Positions 27,953 to 36,446 of a DNA stretch of 64,000 nucleotides are shown one piece after another (the first letter of the stretch is position 1; the number at the start of each line of letters is the position of its first letter). The position numbers and the translations under genes are program-made. This DNA is from Candidatus Omnitrophota bacterium (GTDB lineage Bacteria > Omnitrophota > Gorgyraeia > Duberdicusellales > 4484-171), in contig JAIPGM010000002.1 in assembly GCA_021735655.1 (NCBI GenBank), forward strand, positions 258,747 through 322,746. Reading direction: 5' to 3'. The notes beneath the pieces are model-generated. The model worked only from the letters and a program-made list of their open reading frames with translations. It was not told the origin of the DNA and searched no databases.

Positions 27953-29270
27953 CAGATACTCTAGTATCCCGAGCTATACCTAAATCGGTAGGCGCCCGGC
28001 CTAAAGATTTAAGTAAATTAATAGTCTCAGTAATCTGATCATTAATCTCCGCTTCGCCATAGGCCTTATTAGGATAAATTGCATAATACTTTCGATATTT
28101 ACGCGGAGTTAAATTGAGCATTACCGAATTTCCACCCGAAGACAATCCTTTCTTGCGTGCCTCTAAAGATAAGGTCTCAAAGGCTGTGGTTATAAGAATT
28201 TTAGCCGCTTCTGGATCGATTAAACGAGCCAAAGCAAGGTTTTTTAAAACTTCTTCTTCAGAAGGAGCTTTGCAATTGGCCAAGAGACTATTCGGGTGAG
28301 GCAAAAATGGCCCAAATGAGTACATCTCAGAGCCCAAAGCCTTAGTTAGATAAATATCATTTATCGTATCTTGATTAGTTTGACCAGGCAAACCAATCAA
28401 GGCACCAGTCATAACTAAATACCCTAATTCATGGGCTTTTTTTAGATGATCCAGGCGACTATCTAAAGTTTGGCCAGGATGTAATTTCTCATAGATTTTA
28501 GGATTTGAAGTTTCAAAACGCATCAACAATGCTCTTGCCCCAGCCTGATAAAGCTTAAGCAATCCATCAAGCCCGACTTCACCAAAGCTTATACAAATCA
28601 AAACTGGAACCGTTTCTTTAATTTTTCTTATAATTTCCGCTAGATCATCTATGCTATAGTGTGGGTCTTCTCCCGATTGCAAAACTAAAGCCTGGAAACC
28701 ATACTCTTTAACGGCACCAACTGCCGTCTCAATGATTTCCGCCGCTGACATTCGATAACGCATAAGATTCTGGTTGTCAGCTGAAATACCACAATATTGA
28801 CAACTCTGCTTACAAAAATTAGATATTTCGATTATCCCATGAATACAACATGAATTTTTATGGTACTTTTGACGCAAAAAGTTAGCGGTTCGATAAAGAA
28901 TATCTTGAGCCTCAGGCTTATCTAACTTAAGTAAATAAAATAACTCTTCTTTACTCAATTGAATATTTTCTAAAGCTTTATCTAAAATAAGACTTAGCTG
29001 CCTGTCGATATTTTTTTTGCTAAGATCCAAGCGAGACAATCGTAAGTCCATATCCTGAAGTTCGAAAAAAAGCTCATTCCAAGCTGCCAAGGTCTCCTCA
29101 GCCTCCTTTGGGGAAACTTTTTTAATTACAAACCCGCCTTGAGCCGACACATAATCACCGGGTTTGATATCATAAAACTCATTGATTGCTTTTTTTTCTT
29201 CACCAAAGTAATCAACCAGAACGGTTTTCCCAACTATTTCTTTTACCTTGCCAGGTATTGCATAACACAT
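27939..29270 (-). CDS. HypC-domain (N-terminal) fused to HydE-like (BioB-family) radical-SAM enzyme
   Basis: From the second Met: MCYAIPGKVKEIVGKTVLVDYFGEEKKAINEFYDIKPGDYVSAQGGFVIKKVSPKEAEETLAAWNELF, the HypC/HupF signature (MC-x-A-IP...GDYVLVHVGFAI...EA.ETL). A ~40-aa linker follows, then a HydE-type radical-SAM core (IEISNFCKQSCQYCGISADN; Fe-S/SAM motifs; ~350 aa). A single uninterrupted frame of 443-447 aa. Confidence 0.7.
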   Translation of the reverse strand: MCYAIPGKVKEIVGKTVLVDYFGEEKKAINEFYDIKPGDYVSAQGGFVIKKVSPKEAEETLAAWNELFFELQDMDLRLSRLDLSKKNIDRQLSLILDKALENIQLSKEELFYLLKLDKPEAQDILYRTANFLRQKYHKNSCCIHGIIEISNFCKQSCQYCGISADNQNLMRYRMSAAEIIETAVGAVKEYGFQALVLQSGEDPHYSIDDLAEIIRKIKETVPVLICISFGEVGLDGLLKLYQAGARALLMRFETSNPKIYEKLHPGQTLDSRLDHLKKAHELGYLVMTGALIGLPGQTNQDTINDIYLTKALGSEMYSFGPFLPHPNSLLANCKAPSEEEVLKNLALARLIDPEAAKILITTAFETLSLEARKKGLSSGGNSVMLNLTPRKYRKYYAIYPNKAYGEAEINDQITETINLLKSLGRAPTDLGIARDTRVSDEKQ

Positions 29271-29284
29271 AACAAACTCCAATT

Positions 29285-29527
29285 TTACTCTACATCAAAC
29301 GATAGCACCTGTATCACTGTTCCCGGGAAAAAAGTTAGCTCTAGCTCAGCCTTAGCACAAGGAGTCCCCTCAGCTAAAATTTTAAAGGTTTCTCTAAATG
29401 AATCCTCCTTGATCCCGTTCAGCTCACCGATTTTTATATGTATCTTAGACACTACCTTTGAGCCTTCTTTTTCAGCGTGTTCACAAATTCCTTTAATCAA
29501 TGGTTTTATGATATGGGTTTCGTGCAT
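29285..29527 (-). CDS. hypA: HypA N-terminal (nickel-binding MHE) domain protein lacking the zinc-finger domain
   Basis: Starts MHETHIIKPLIKGICEHAEKEGSKVVSKIHIKIGELNGI, matching the HypA N-domain (MHE Ni-site, ...IGELSGV...). Only 80 aa; no CxxC...CxxC zinc module. Flanking genes leave no room for it. Confidence 0.55.
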   Translation of the reverse strand: MHETHIIKPLIKGICEHAEKEGSKVVSKIHIKIGELNGIKEDSFRETFKILAEGTPCAKAELELTFFPGTVIQVLSFDVE

Positions 29528-29982
29528 GTTTTTACCTCAATAATTAAATTAGTTAATTCCTTTAATGTTTTAGCAACACTTTGTGAAATCTCATCACCAA
29601 ACTCAAGAGTTTTCGGTTGCACCCCTAAAAGAAAAATATCAGCTTCGGTTTCTTTACCCAAAAAATCTAAAAACATCCTTGGTGATAAATCATGAGTAGT
29701 GAATCCCGATTTCACGATATCTTCCTTAACTAAAATCTCATAATCTCCTGGCTCTTTACCAAGATCAACAACATCAACTATTAAAATCGTATTTGGACGT
29801 TCTTTGGTTATTTTGCCAATATAGTTTTCTGGTGCTGAACCAACATCAATACAGGTTGCATCCACTTTCTGGTAAACAGTCTCAATGAACTTAGGACCGA
29901 AAGCATCGTCACCACGCATAATATTTCCTACCCCAACGATAACGACTTTCCCTTTAAAAACATTCCGAAAAATATTATTCAT
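29506..29982 (-). CDS. hycI: [NiFe]-hydrogenase maturation endopeptidase (HycI/HyaD family)
   Basis: VVIVGVGNIMRGDDAFGPKF...DVGSAPENYIG...ILIVDVVD motifs of hydrogenase C-terminal-processing proteases; 158 aa. Confidence 0.8.
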   Translation of the reverse strand: MNNIFRNVFKGKVVIVGVGNIMRGDDAFGPKFIETVYQKVDATCIDVGSAPENYIGKITKERPNTILIVDVVDLGKEPGDYEILVKEDIVKSGFTTHDLSPRMFLDFLGKETEADIFLLGVQPKTLEFGDEISQSVAKTLKELTNLIIEVKTCTKPIS

Positions 29983-30022
29983 AGTGTAAAATAAAATTTA
30001 AATGAAACTGTCTTAGTTGATA

Positions 30023-30634
30023 TTACTCAGCAGTAAGGGTGGTTTCACGTCGACAGCGGGCGCATAGAATCTTAACTCGATCAGAACGCCCATCATCCCT
30101 TAAAGCTGAAACAATATTTTCATCTACAATACCAAGACTTTTAAGATGGGAAAGATAAAGCGTAGGACTTGAGTAGGTAAGCTCACCTAATTTTTGAGAA
30201 ATCCATTTAAGGTGATCTTTGCAGGCTATTACATCGCCGCAAACTTCACAAAGTTGTAGTTCTTTTTCTATTTGTTCTTGGGCTTGAGCGCGGTCAAAAA
30301 ATGATAACTCCCAATCAGTAGATAACTTAATACCTTGCTTATCAGCCAAACAGGCTGCTTCACACTGTCCACAAAAAATACAAGTATCAGTATAATGAAT
30401 CATCAGCCGCTTAGGATCATCTTTATTTTCAGTAATATCCTTATGAGAAATCGCTTCAACTGGGCAAACCTCTTCACAACCGCAACAACCAACACATTTT
30501 TGATCATTAAACTTCGGCTGACCGCGAAAGTTAGGATGAGCCACATGGGCCTCTTTAGGGAACTTTGACGTGTAAGGCCCCTTAATCAATGCCTTGATTG
30601 CTTCAACCAACTCTCTTAATTTTGGCAACTTCAT
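30023..30634 (-). CDS. NuoI/MbhN/HycF-like 2x[4Fe-4S] ferredoxin subunit with C-terminal Cys-rich extension
   Basis: CVGCCGCEEVCP and CIFCGQCEAACL cluster motifs in NuoI arrangement, plus extra CEVCGDVIAC and CARCRRE motifs. Confidence 0.6.
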   Translation of the reverse strand: MKLPKLRELVEAIKALIKGPYTSKFPKEAHVAHPNFRGQPKFNDQKCVGCCGCEEVCPVEAISHKDITENKDDPKRLMIHYTDTCIFCGQCEAACLADKQGIKLSTDWELSFFDRAQAQEQIEKELQLCEVCGDVIACKDHLKWISQKLGELTYSSPTLYLSHLKSLGIVDENIVSALRDDGRSDRVKILCARCRRETTLTAE

Positions 30635-30652
30635 AAATTTATCTTAAAAAAG

Positions 30653-30727
30653 AAGCGTAAAACGTAGTCTAGACTCAATATTCTTGAATCACCCGTGGCT
30701 AAAACTTTTCGTCTACGTTTACGCTTC
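30653..30727 (-). repeat. Intra-operon long-stem inverted repeat (15-16 bp arms, ~44-nt loop) between mrpG-like and nuoI-like genes
   Basis: GAAGCGTAAAACGTAG at 30653-30668 and its complement CTACGTTTACGCTTC at 30713-30727; the right arm overlaps the last codons of the mrpG-like ORF. Confidence 0.35.
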
Positions 30728-31057
30728 TCCTTCCTTATCCTCTTTATATTTATCAATTACACTACCTTCCCAAAGTTTAACCCCGGCCCGATGGGCTCCT
30801 CTGGCTACAGCATGGGCAGCTACCGGCGAGGTTAACAAAAGAAAAACCGCACAAAGAAGCGCCTTAAAGCCCGCGGCAATAAAGCCAACAATTAAAAATG
30901 TTCCAAAAAGAATACTACAAGTTCCTAAAGTAACACACTTGGTGGCTGCTTGAAGACGATTATATACATCCGGAAGTCTTACCAAACCTAAGCAACCAAC
31001 TATATCAAAAGCTAACCCACCGGAAATGAATATCAAACCAATAATATCACTCATCAA
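30719..31057 (-). CDS. Mrp antiporter subunit G-like (MbhC-like) membrane subunit
   Basis: RLPDVYNRLQAATKCVTLG...TSPVAAHAVARGA matches the MrpG/PhaG signature; 3 TM. Confidence 0.6.
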   Translation of the reverse strand: MMSDIIGLIFISGGLAFDIVGCLGLVRLPDVYNRLQAATKCVTLGTCSILFGTFLIVGFIAAGFKALLCAVFLLLTSPVAAHAVARGAHRAGVKLWEGSVIDKYKEDKEGEA

Positions 31058-31442
31058 ACCCTCTTCCCTCTAAATATTTCGAAAGAGCTAAGGTGCTAAT
31101 AAAACTTTGAAGCGCCCAAGCAATTCCAATATCCAGATACCAAGATCTTCCAGTCGAAATAGTTAAAACTGCACAAAGCCCCACAATCATAATCCCTAAA
31201 ATATCAATCGCTACAATTCTGTCGGCTCCGGTAGGACCTTTAGCAATACGATAAAGCGCCAGTACACATCCTAGAATTAGAATGTAAAGTGCCCTCCCAA
31301 CAAGACCACTATAGACGAGATTTTCAGGAAAAAGAAAACCAAAAGGCCTAAAAATAATTAAGCCTAAAACAATACTAAGGGTAGTTGCTCCAAACAGCCA
31401 ATTTAACATCTTTTTGCTTTCAGCTTTTTTCTTTTTAGCCAT
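31047..31442 (-). CDS. Mrp antiporter subunit F-like (MbhB-like) membrane subunit
   Basis: YRIAKGPTGADRIVAIDIL motif typical of MrpF/PhaF. Confidence 0.55.
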   Translation of the reverse strand: MAKKKKAESKKMLNWLFGATTLSIVLGLIIFRPFGFLFPENLVYSGLVGRALYILILGCVLALYRIAKGPTGADRIVAIDILGIMIVGLCAVLTISTGRSWYLDIGIAWALQSFISTLALSKYLEGRGFDE

Positions 31443-31447
31443 AGTAA

Positions 31448-31945
31448 TTATTCAAATATTTTTCTTAATATTTTCTCAAACCGCTCAATAATAACTTTGG
31501 TAGCAGCTTCAGTCTGAGTTTCCTTCACGTCAATCCAATGTACATATAAAACACCATCATCCTTGTCAATATCTACAGTTAAAGTTCCTGGAGTAAGTGT
31601 TATTGAATTCGCTAAAAATGTAAGCGCTGTATCTGTCTTAAGCGTAGTTTTCACCTTAACAATGCCAGGTTTTATCGGTAAATTAGGATGTAGAATCCTG
31701 TAGGCAACATCAATATTTGCTTTAAAACACTCCCATAGAAATCTCGGAAGATAATAAACAAAAAAATACCAGTATCTCAAAGGGTGCTTAAGGACATGAG
31801 GACGTTTTACAAACAAATCTCCGGTTAAAAAAGCACAAAGAGCGGCTGCGAATACACCAATAGCTAGATGCTGCCAATCCGGTACCCAGTTCAATAAGCA
31901 CCATACAACAAAGGCAACTAAAAATAAAACTATTTTTCTTTTCAT
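31448..31945 (-). CDS. Mrp antiporter subunit E-like (MbhA-like)
   Basis: 165 aa with two N-terminal TM helices and soluble C-terminus; position and size match MrpE. Confidence 0.45.
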   Translation of the reverse strand: MKRKIVLFLVAFVVWCLLNWVPDWQHLAIGVFAAALCAFLTGDLFVKRPHVLKHPLRYWYFFVYYLPRFLWECFKANIDVAYRILHPNLPIKPGIVKVKTTLKTDTALTFLANSITLTPGTLTVDIDKDDGVLYVHWIDVKETQTEAATKVIIERFEKILRKIFE

Positions 31946-33441
31946 TGGACTGCTCTGATAATATTTATTGTGTAGTTTTTTGTGCCAAGCAAAACCCCAG
32001 AGGCTTTAAGCAGGAATTGTTCTCTTATCCCCGGAAAAAATAAAAACCCACCTAAAAGGCAAACTAAAACTAAGATAATCATCGAAGCCTTCATGAAAGC
32101 AGGCACTTCAGTAATATTTTCCCACTGTTTCCTAAGATTTCCAAAAAATGCATACTTCATAACCTTGGTAAAAGAAGCAAGGGTCAAAATACTAGCCAAC
32201 ACTGCCCAAAAACCATACCAATACTGGTTGGCCTGAACACAAGCAATAATAATAATTAACTTGCTCCAAAAACCATTAAACGGCGGAATTCCAGCGATTG
32301 ACATAGAAGCTCCAAAAGCAGTAGCTGAGGTAACTGGCATTCTTTGACTTAATCCCCCCATTTTTTTTAAATCTCTGGTTCCGGTTGTGTATTCAACAGC
32401 ACCAGAATTTAAAAAAAGAAGAGATTTGAATATTGAGTGATTGAACAAATGGAATAAGCCTCCGATTATACCTAAAGGAGTGCCCAAACCTATCCCCAAA
32501 ATAACATAACCAATCTGGCTTATTGAATGATAGGCAAGCAAACGTTTCAAATCCCACTGTCCGATAGCCAAAAATACACCAACCACCATTGAGAGCGCAC
32601 CGAGCGCCATCAAAATCATTGAAAGCTGACTATTCACACCTAAAATATTAAAGAATATACGGCAAAGAGTGTATACTCCTAATGATTTAATCAATACCCC
32701 AGAAAGCATAGCTGATATTGGAGCTGGTGCTGAAGGATGAGCATCAGGAAGCCAGGCATGAAACGGCACCAAAGCTGCTTTTAAACCAAAACCCATAAGA
32801 AACAATACACTTACTAATATTAAAACATTTGGGCAGTCGGCTTGAGACAAAACTAAACCCATATCAGCCATATTTAGGGTTGAAGTGCAACTATATAGAA
32901 ATACAATACCTAAAAGAATAAATAATGACCCTACGGTACTCATCAGGGCATATTTAAAGGCGGCTTCAAGCTCATGGCGTTCAGTTCCAAAAGCAACCAG
33001 AGCATAACTAGCAACAGAGGCAATCTCTAAAAAAACAAAAAGGTTAAATATGTCGCCAGTTATCAAAACCCCGTTCATCCCTCCCAACATCAATAGAAAT
33101 AAGGTGTAAAATTTCCATTTAGCGGTGAACTTTTCCATGTAGTTAATTGAAAAAAGAGCTACACAAAAAGCAACTAAATTAACCGTAACTAACATAAAAC
33201 TAGTTAGACCGTCTAAGACAAAAGTTATCCCGATTGGCGGCTTCCAAGATCCAGCAGCATAAACCAACACTCCATGCTCAGCCACAAGTTTTACACTGTA
33301 AAGCGACAAAAATAAAAGAGCTGTTGTGCATAAATTACCAATTAAATCCGGCAGCCATTTACTTTTTTTACCAAACAAAACAGTTAAAAAGGCACCCGAA
33401 AGACAAACTACAACAAAAATTGGTATAATATTAGAACTCAT
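31942..33441 (-). CDS. MrpD/NuoN-like proton-pumping antiporter subunit
   Basis: 499 aa, ~14 TM, conserved antiporter-fold motifs (…AHSSISQIGYV…, NSGAVEY). Confidence 0.75.
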   Translation of the reverse strand: MSSNIIPIFVVVCLSGAFLTVLFGKKSKWLPDLIGNLCTTALLFLSLYSVKLVAEHGVLVYAAGSWKPPIGITFVLDGLTSFMLVTVNLVAFCVALFSINYMEKFTAKWKFYTLFLLMLGGMNGVLITGDIFNLFVFLEIASVASYALVAFGTERHELEAAFKYALMSTVGSLFILLGIVFLYSCTSTLNMADMGLVLSQADCPNVLILVSVLFLMGFGLKAALVPFHAWLPDAHPSAPAPISAMLSGVLIKSLGVYTLCRIFFNILGVNSQLSMILMALGALSMVVGVFLAIGQWDLKRLLAYHSISQIGYVILGIGLGTPLGIIGGLFHLFNHSIFKSLLFLNSGAVEYTTGTRDLKKMGGLSQRMPVTSATAFGASMSIAGIPPFNGFWSKLIIIIACVQANQYWYGFWAVLASILTLASFTKVMKYAFFGNLRKQWENITEVPAFMKASMIILVLVCLLGGFLFFPGIREQFLLKASGVLLGTKNYTINIIRAVQ

Positions 33442-33443
33442 AT

Positions 33444-33779
33444 CTATCCCCGCAACTCTCTAATTTTAGTAATATCAAATGTTTGATACTTTTCATAAAT
33501 TCGCATAGCGATTGCAATAAGCAAAGCTGTTGATGCCAAACCAATAACAATTGAAGTCAAAACTACTGCCTGAGGTAAGGCATCGACCATATTATTAATT
33601 GTTGTGTCTGGTGAATATATCGGAGAACGCCCCTTTATCCGATAAGCAACTAAGATAAATAAAAGATTTACTGCATATTCAGCGATGATAACACCAATAA
33701 TAATCTTAATTATATTACGTTTACGTAAAATACAATAAAGACCAACACAAAAAAGCACCAAACAAAGCAAGTAGATCAT
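33444..33779 (-). CDS. MrpC/NuoK-like small membrane subunit
   Basis: 111 aa, 3 TM, NuoK-like size and hydrophobicity. Confidence 0.55.
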   Translation of the reverse strand: MIYLLCLVLFCVGLYCILRKRNIIKIIIGVIIAEYAVNLLFILVAYRIKGRSPIYSPDTTINNMVDALPQAVVLTSIVIGLASTALLIAIAMRIYEKYQTFDITKIRELRG

Positions 33780-34231
33780 TTTCCTTCGGTTCCTCCATCA
33801 AATTTAAGCAAAGTAAGGGCAATAAATATAGCAAACAAACCGGCCCCGACCTTTAAACTAATTGCAATATTACAAAGTGGAATAATCCCAGCTGAAAAAA
33901 GTCTAAACGGCTCCCCCTTAGGAAGAAAGTTTAAAAAGAAATACCCACCAGTAAACCCCAAAAGGGCAATTGCTAAAAACATTATTGCTCCAAAACCTTC
34001 AAAAAAAGAAATAGCTTTCTTAGGCATTCTTTTTAAAGCCGCGTCTTTACCATAAGCAAGCATTAAATGAATAAAGCTGAGTGCAATAATTACCCCTCCG
34101 GCAAATCCTCCACCGGGGGAAACATGACCATGAGAAAGAATATAAATACCAAAAAGAAGTATTATGCCCACGGTAAGACGAGTAATTGTCTTAACGATTA
34201 CCGACATTCCCTTTTCATGCTCTTTGCTCAT
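33776..34231 (-). CDS. MrpB-like (MbhF/G-like) membrane subunit
   Basis: 151 aa, 4 TM; position between MrpA-like and MrpC-like genes. Confidence 0.4.
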   Translation of the reverse strand: MSKEHEKGMSVIVKTITRLTVGIILLFGIYILSHGHVSPGGGFAGGVIIALSFIHLMLAYGKDAALKRMPKKAISFFEGFGAIMFLAIALLGFTGGYFFLNFLPKGEPFRLFSAGIIPLCNIAISLKVGAGLFAIFIALTLLKFDGGTEGK

Positions 34232-34780
34232 TTATTCATCCTCTGGGTCTACTTTCTCATTAATTTTTTTACGCCCGACCCTGCGCACTAGGGTTAAAAC
34301 ACCTATTACTGCGGTAAATAAAACTGTAGCTTCACCTAAGGTGTCATAGGCTCGATAATCAAGAATAACTGAAGCAACAATATTAGTTGCTCCGGTCTTA
34401 GCTAAGCCTTGCTTAAGATAAGTATCGGCCACCCGCATAATTGGATAACCAAAACGTGGCAAATCACCAATTGCCTTATAGGCTGCAAATAAAAATAAAC
34501 TAACAAAGCCTAAAATAATTGAGGTATTAAGTAACCATCGACCACTAGTTGAAAAAGGTAAATCTTTTTTTAAAGTTGCCCGAATCAAAATGATTAAACA
34601 TAATATCTCAACTACTAATTGAGTAATTGCAACATCGGGAGCTTTGAGAATAATAAACGTTATCGAAAGCCCTAGCCCTACGGCACCGACGGCAATAACT
34701 GAGGAAAGCAGATCTTTAAGCTCAACGGCGACAATTGCCCCAACAATCATAAAAATTAATAAAATATATAGCTCAAACAT
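34232..34780 (-). CDS. Mbh-type small membrane subunit (MbhD/E-like)
   Basis: 182 aa polytopic membrane protein directly downstream of the MrpA-like gene. Confidence 0.4.
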   Translation of the reverse strand: MFELYILLIFMIVGAIVAVELKDLLSSVIAVGAVGLGLSITFIILKAPDVAITQLVVEILCLIILIRATLKKDLPFSTSGRWLLNTSIILGFVSLFLFAAYKAIGDLPRFGYPIMRVADTYLKQGLAKTGATNIVASVILDYRAYDTLGEATVLFTAVIGVLTLVRRVGRKKINEKVDPEDE

Positions 34781-34787
34781 ATTTAAG

Positions 34788-36446
34788 TTACTTTAAAAGT
34801 ATATAAAAAAGTATCCCCATACCTAAAAGACACCAGGACAAATAAGTAGATAAAATGCCATTATGCAAATAACGCAAAATACTGTTAAAGCCAAAAGTAA
34901 TTTTACTACCGACTTCATAAATATCGAATAATTTCTTATTAGCTAAACTATAGATAACCTTTAACAGGCCCAACTCTTTGATTGTGTTATAAAAATCAGT
35001 TCCTGAAACTCTCATCTCGGGATATTTTTCAGTGCTTTCTCCGCCCATAAAAATATTAACCTGGCGACTCTTTGAAACTGTGCCCAAAAGATAAACTATT
35101 AGACCAATGACCATGCCAGCAAGAATCAAAGCCGTAGCTAAACTTGCATTCCAGACTCCGGAAAACTCTACTGGCTGCCAAATAACCGGAAAGATAAAAA
35201 ACTTAAGCGGAAGCCGGTAAGCAAATACACCAAAAACTACACATAGTAAGGCTAAAATTGCTCCCGGTATCCACATCGCTAGCCCAACCTCTTTTTTCTG
35301 ATCTTTACTGAGTGCTTTTACGGTTGTGCTTTCTTGACCCAAAAATACAGCATGAACAAGTTTCATGAAACTTGCCAAAGTTAAGGCACTTCCAAACATG
35401 GCTGAAACTAACCAAACGACCCATAACCCACCACTGTTTTTAGCCGTCTCAATGATACCCTGGTAGATCATCCATTTAGAAACAAAACCATTAAATGGCG
35501 GAACCCCAGAGATAGCAAATGAAGCAATCAAAAAAGTAATAAAAGTAATCGGCATATATTTAGCAAGACCGCCAAGTTTATCTAAATTAGTAGTTTTGGT
35601 CCTTTTTTCTACAGAGCCACTGGTTAAAAATAAACAAGACTTATAAATCGCATTATTCAGCATATGAAATAGTCCACCGGCAATACCGATAATTGTACCC
35701 GTACCAATACCTAAAATCATATAACCAACTTGACTTACCGCATGATAACCAAGGAGTCTCTTTAAGTCATGTTGGACTAAAGCCATCATAACCGCAGCTA
35801 TAATAGTAAAGCTACCGATAAACATCAAAAATGTATTCATGCTTAAACCTAAACGAAACATTTCCAAGGAAATTCTAATTAAAAGATATATTCCCAAAAG
35901 TTTGTCCAAAGAAGCAGGCAAATAAGCCGCAACCGGAGTTGGTGAGTCTTCAGCTGCGTCAGGAACCCAGGTATGAAAAGGCATAGCCCCGGCTTTAGCA
36001 AAAGCTCCGACCGCCAAACAAAGATAGGCAAAAGTAGCCACCTTAGAAGTCAATGGTATTGATATTAAATCCATCTCGAATAAACCGGTAAGTTTCCAAA
36101 TTAAGGCAACTCCCAAAAGCATTAAAGCATCGGTTCCACCAATTATAATAAATGCTTTCTTTGCCGTAGCTGAGCTATTATCCTTTTTACCAAAGCCAAT
36201 TAAAAGATAAAGAAGCAACCCCAAGAATCCCCAGAAAACCATGAACAGAATTAAATTATTGGCAAAAACCACACCCAAAGAAGCAATCAAAGTAAAAAAG
36301 ATATAAAGGTAGTAACGTGAAATTCCACGTTGGGCACGCATGTACCCCATCGAATATACAGTTACCAAAATAGAAAAAAACCAAATAAATATTCCGACAA
36401 ATATCGACAAAGCATCAAATCTAAAATAATTCGCTAAAAAATTCAT
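34788..36446 (-). CDS. MrpA/NuoL-like antiporter subunit (MbhH-like)
   Basis: 552 aa, ~16 TM, NuoL/MrpA family motifs (…HAVSQVGYMILGIG…, WVPDA). Confidence 0.75.
   Translation of the reverse strand: MNFLANYFRFDALSIFVGIFIWFFSILVTVYSMGYMRAQRGISRYYLYIFFTLIASLGVVFANNLILFMVFWGFLGLLLYLLIGFGKKDNSSATAKKAFIIIGGTDALMLLGVALIWKLTGLFEMDLISIPLTSKVATFAYLCLAVGAFAKAGAMPFHTWVPDAAEDSPTPVAAYLPASLDKLLGIYLLIRISLEMFRLGLSMNTFLMFIGSFTIIAAVMMALVQHDLKRLLGYHAVSQVGYMILGIGTGTIIGIAGGLFHMLNNAIYKSCLFLTSGSVEKRTKTTNLDKLGGLAKYMPITFITFLIASFAISGVPPFNGFVSKWMIYQGIIETAKNSGGLWVVWLVSAMFGSALTLASFMKLVHAVFLGQESTTVKALSKDQKKEVGLAMWIPGAILALLCVVFGVFAYRLPLKFFIFPVIWQPVEFSGVWNASLATALILAGMVIGLIVYLLGTVSKSRQVNIFMGGESTEKYPEMRVSGTDFYNTIKELGLLKVIYSLANKKLFDIYEVGSKITFGFNSILRYLHNGILSTYLSWCLLGMGILFYILLK

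Noticed and set aside
27939-29282. Possibility that HypC-like and radical-SAM parts are two genes (27939-29050 and 29050-29270)
   Set aside because: No in-frame stop or convincing internal RBS or start is visible, and a 1.3-kb open frame in AT-rich DNA argues for a single fusion gene. This was flagged for read-level verification rather than split.
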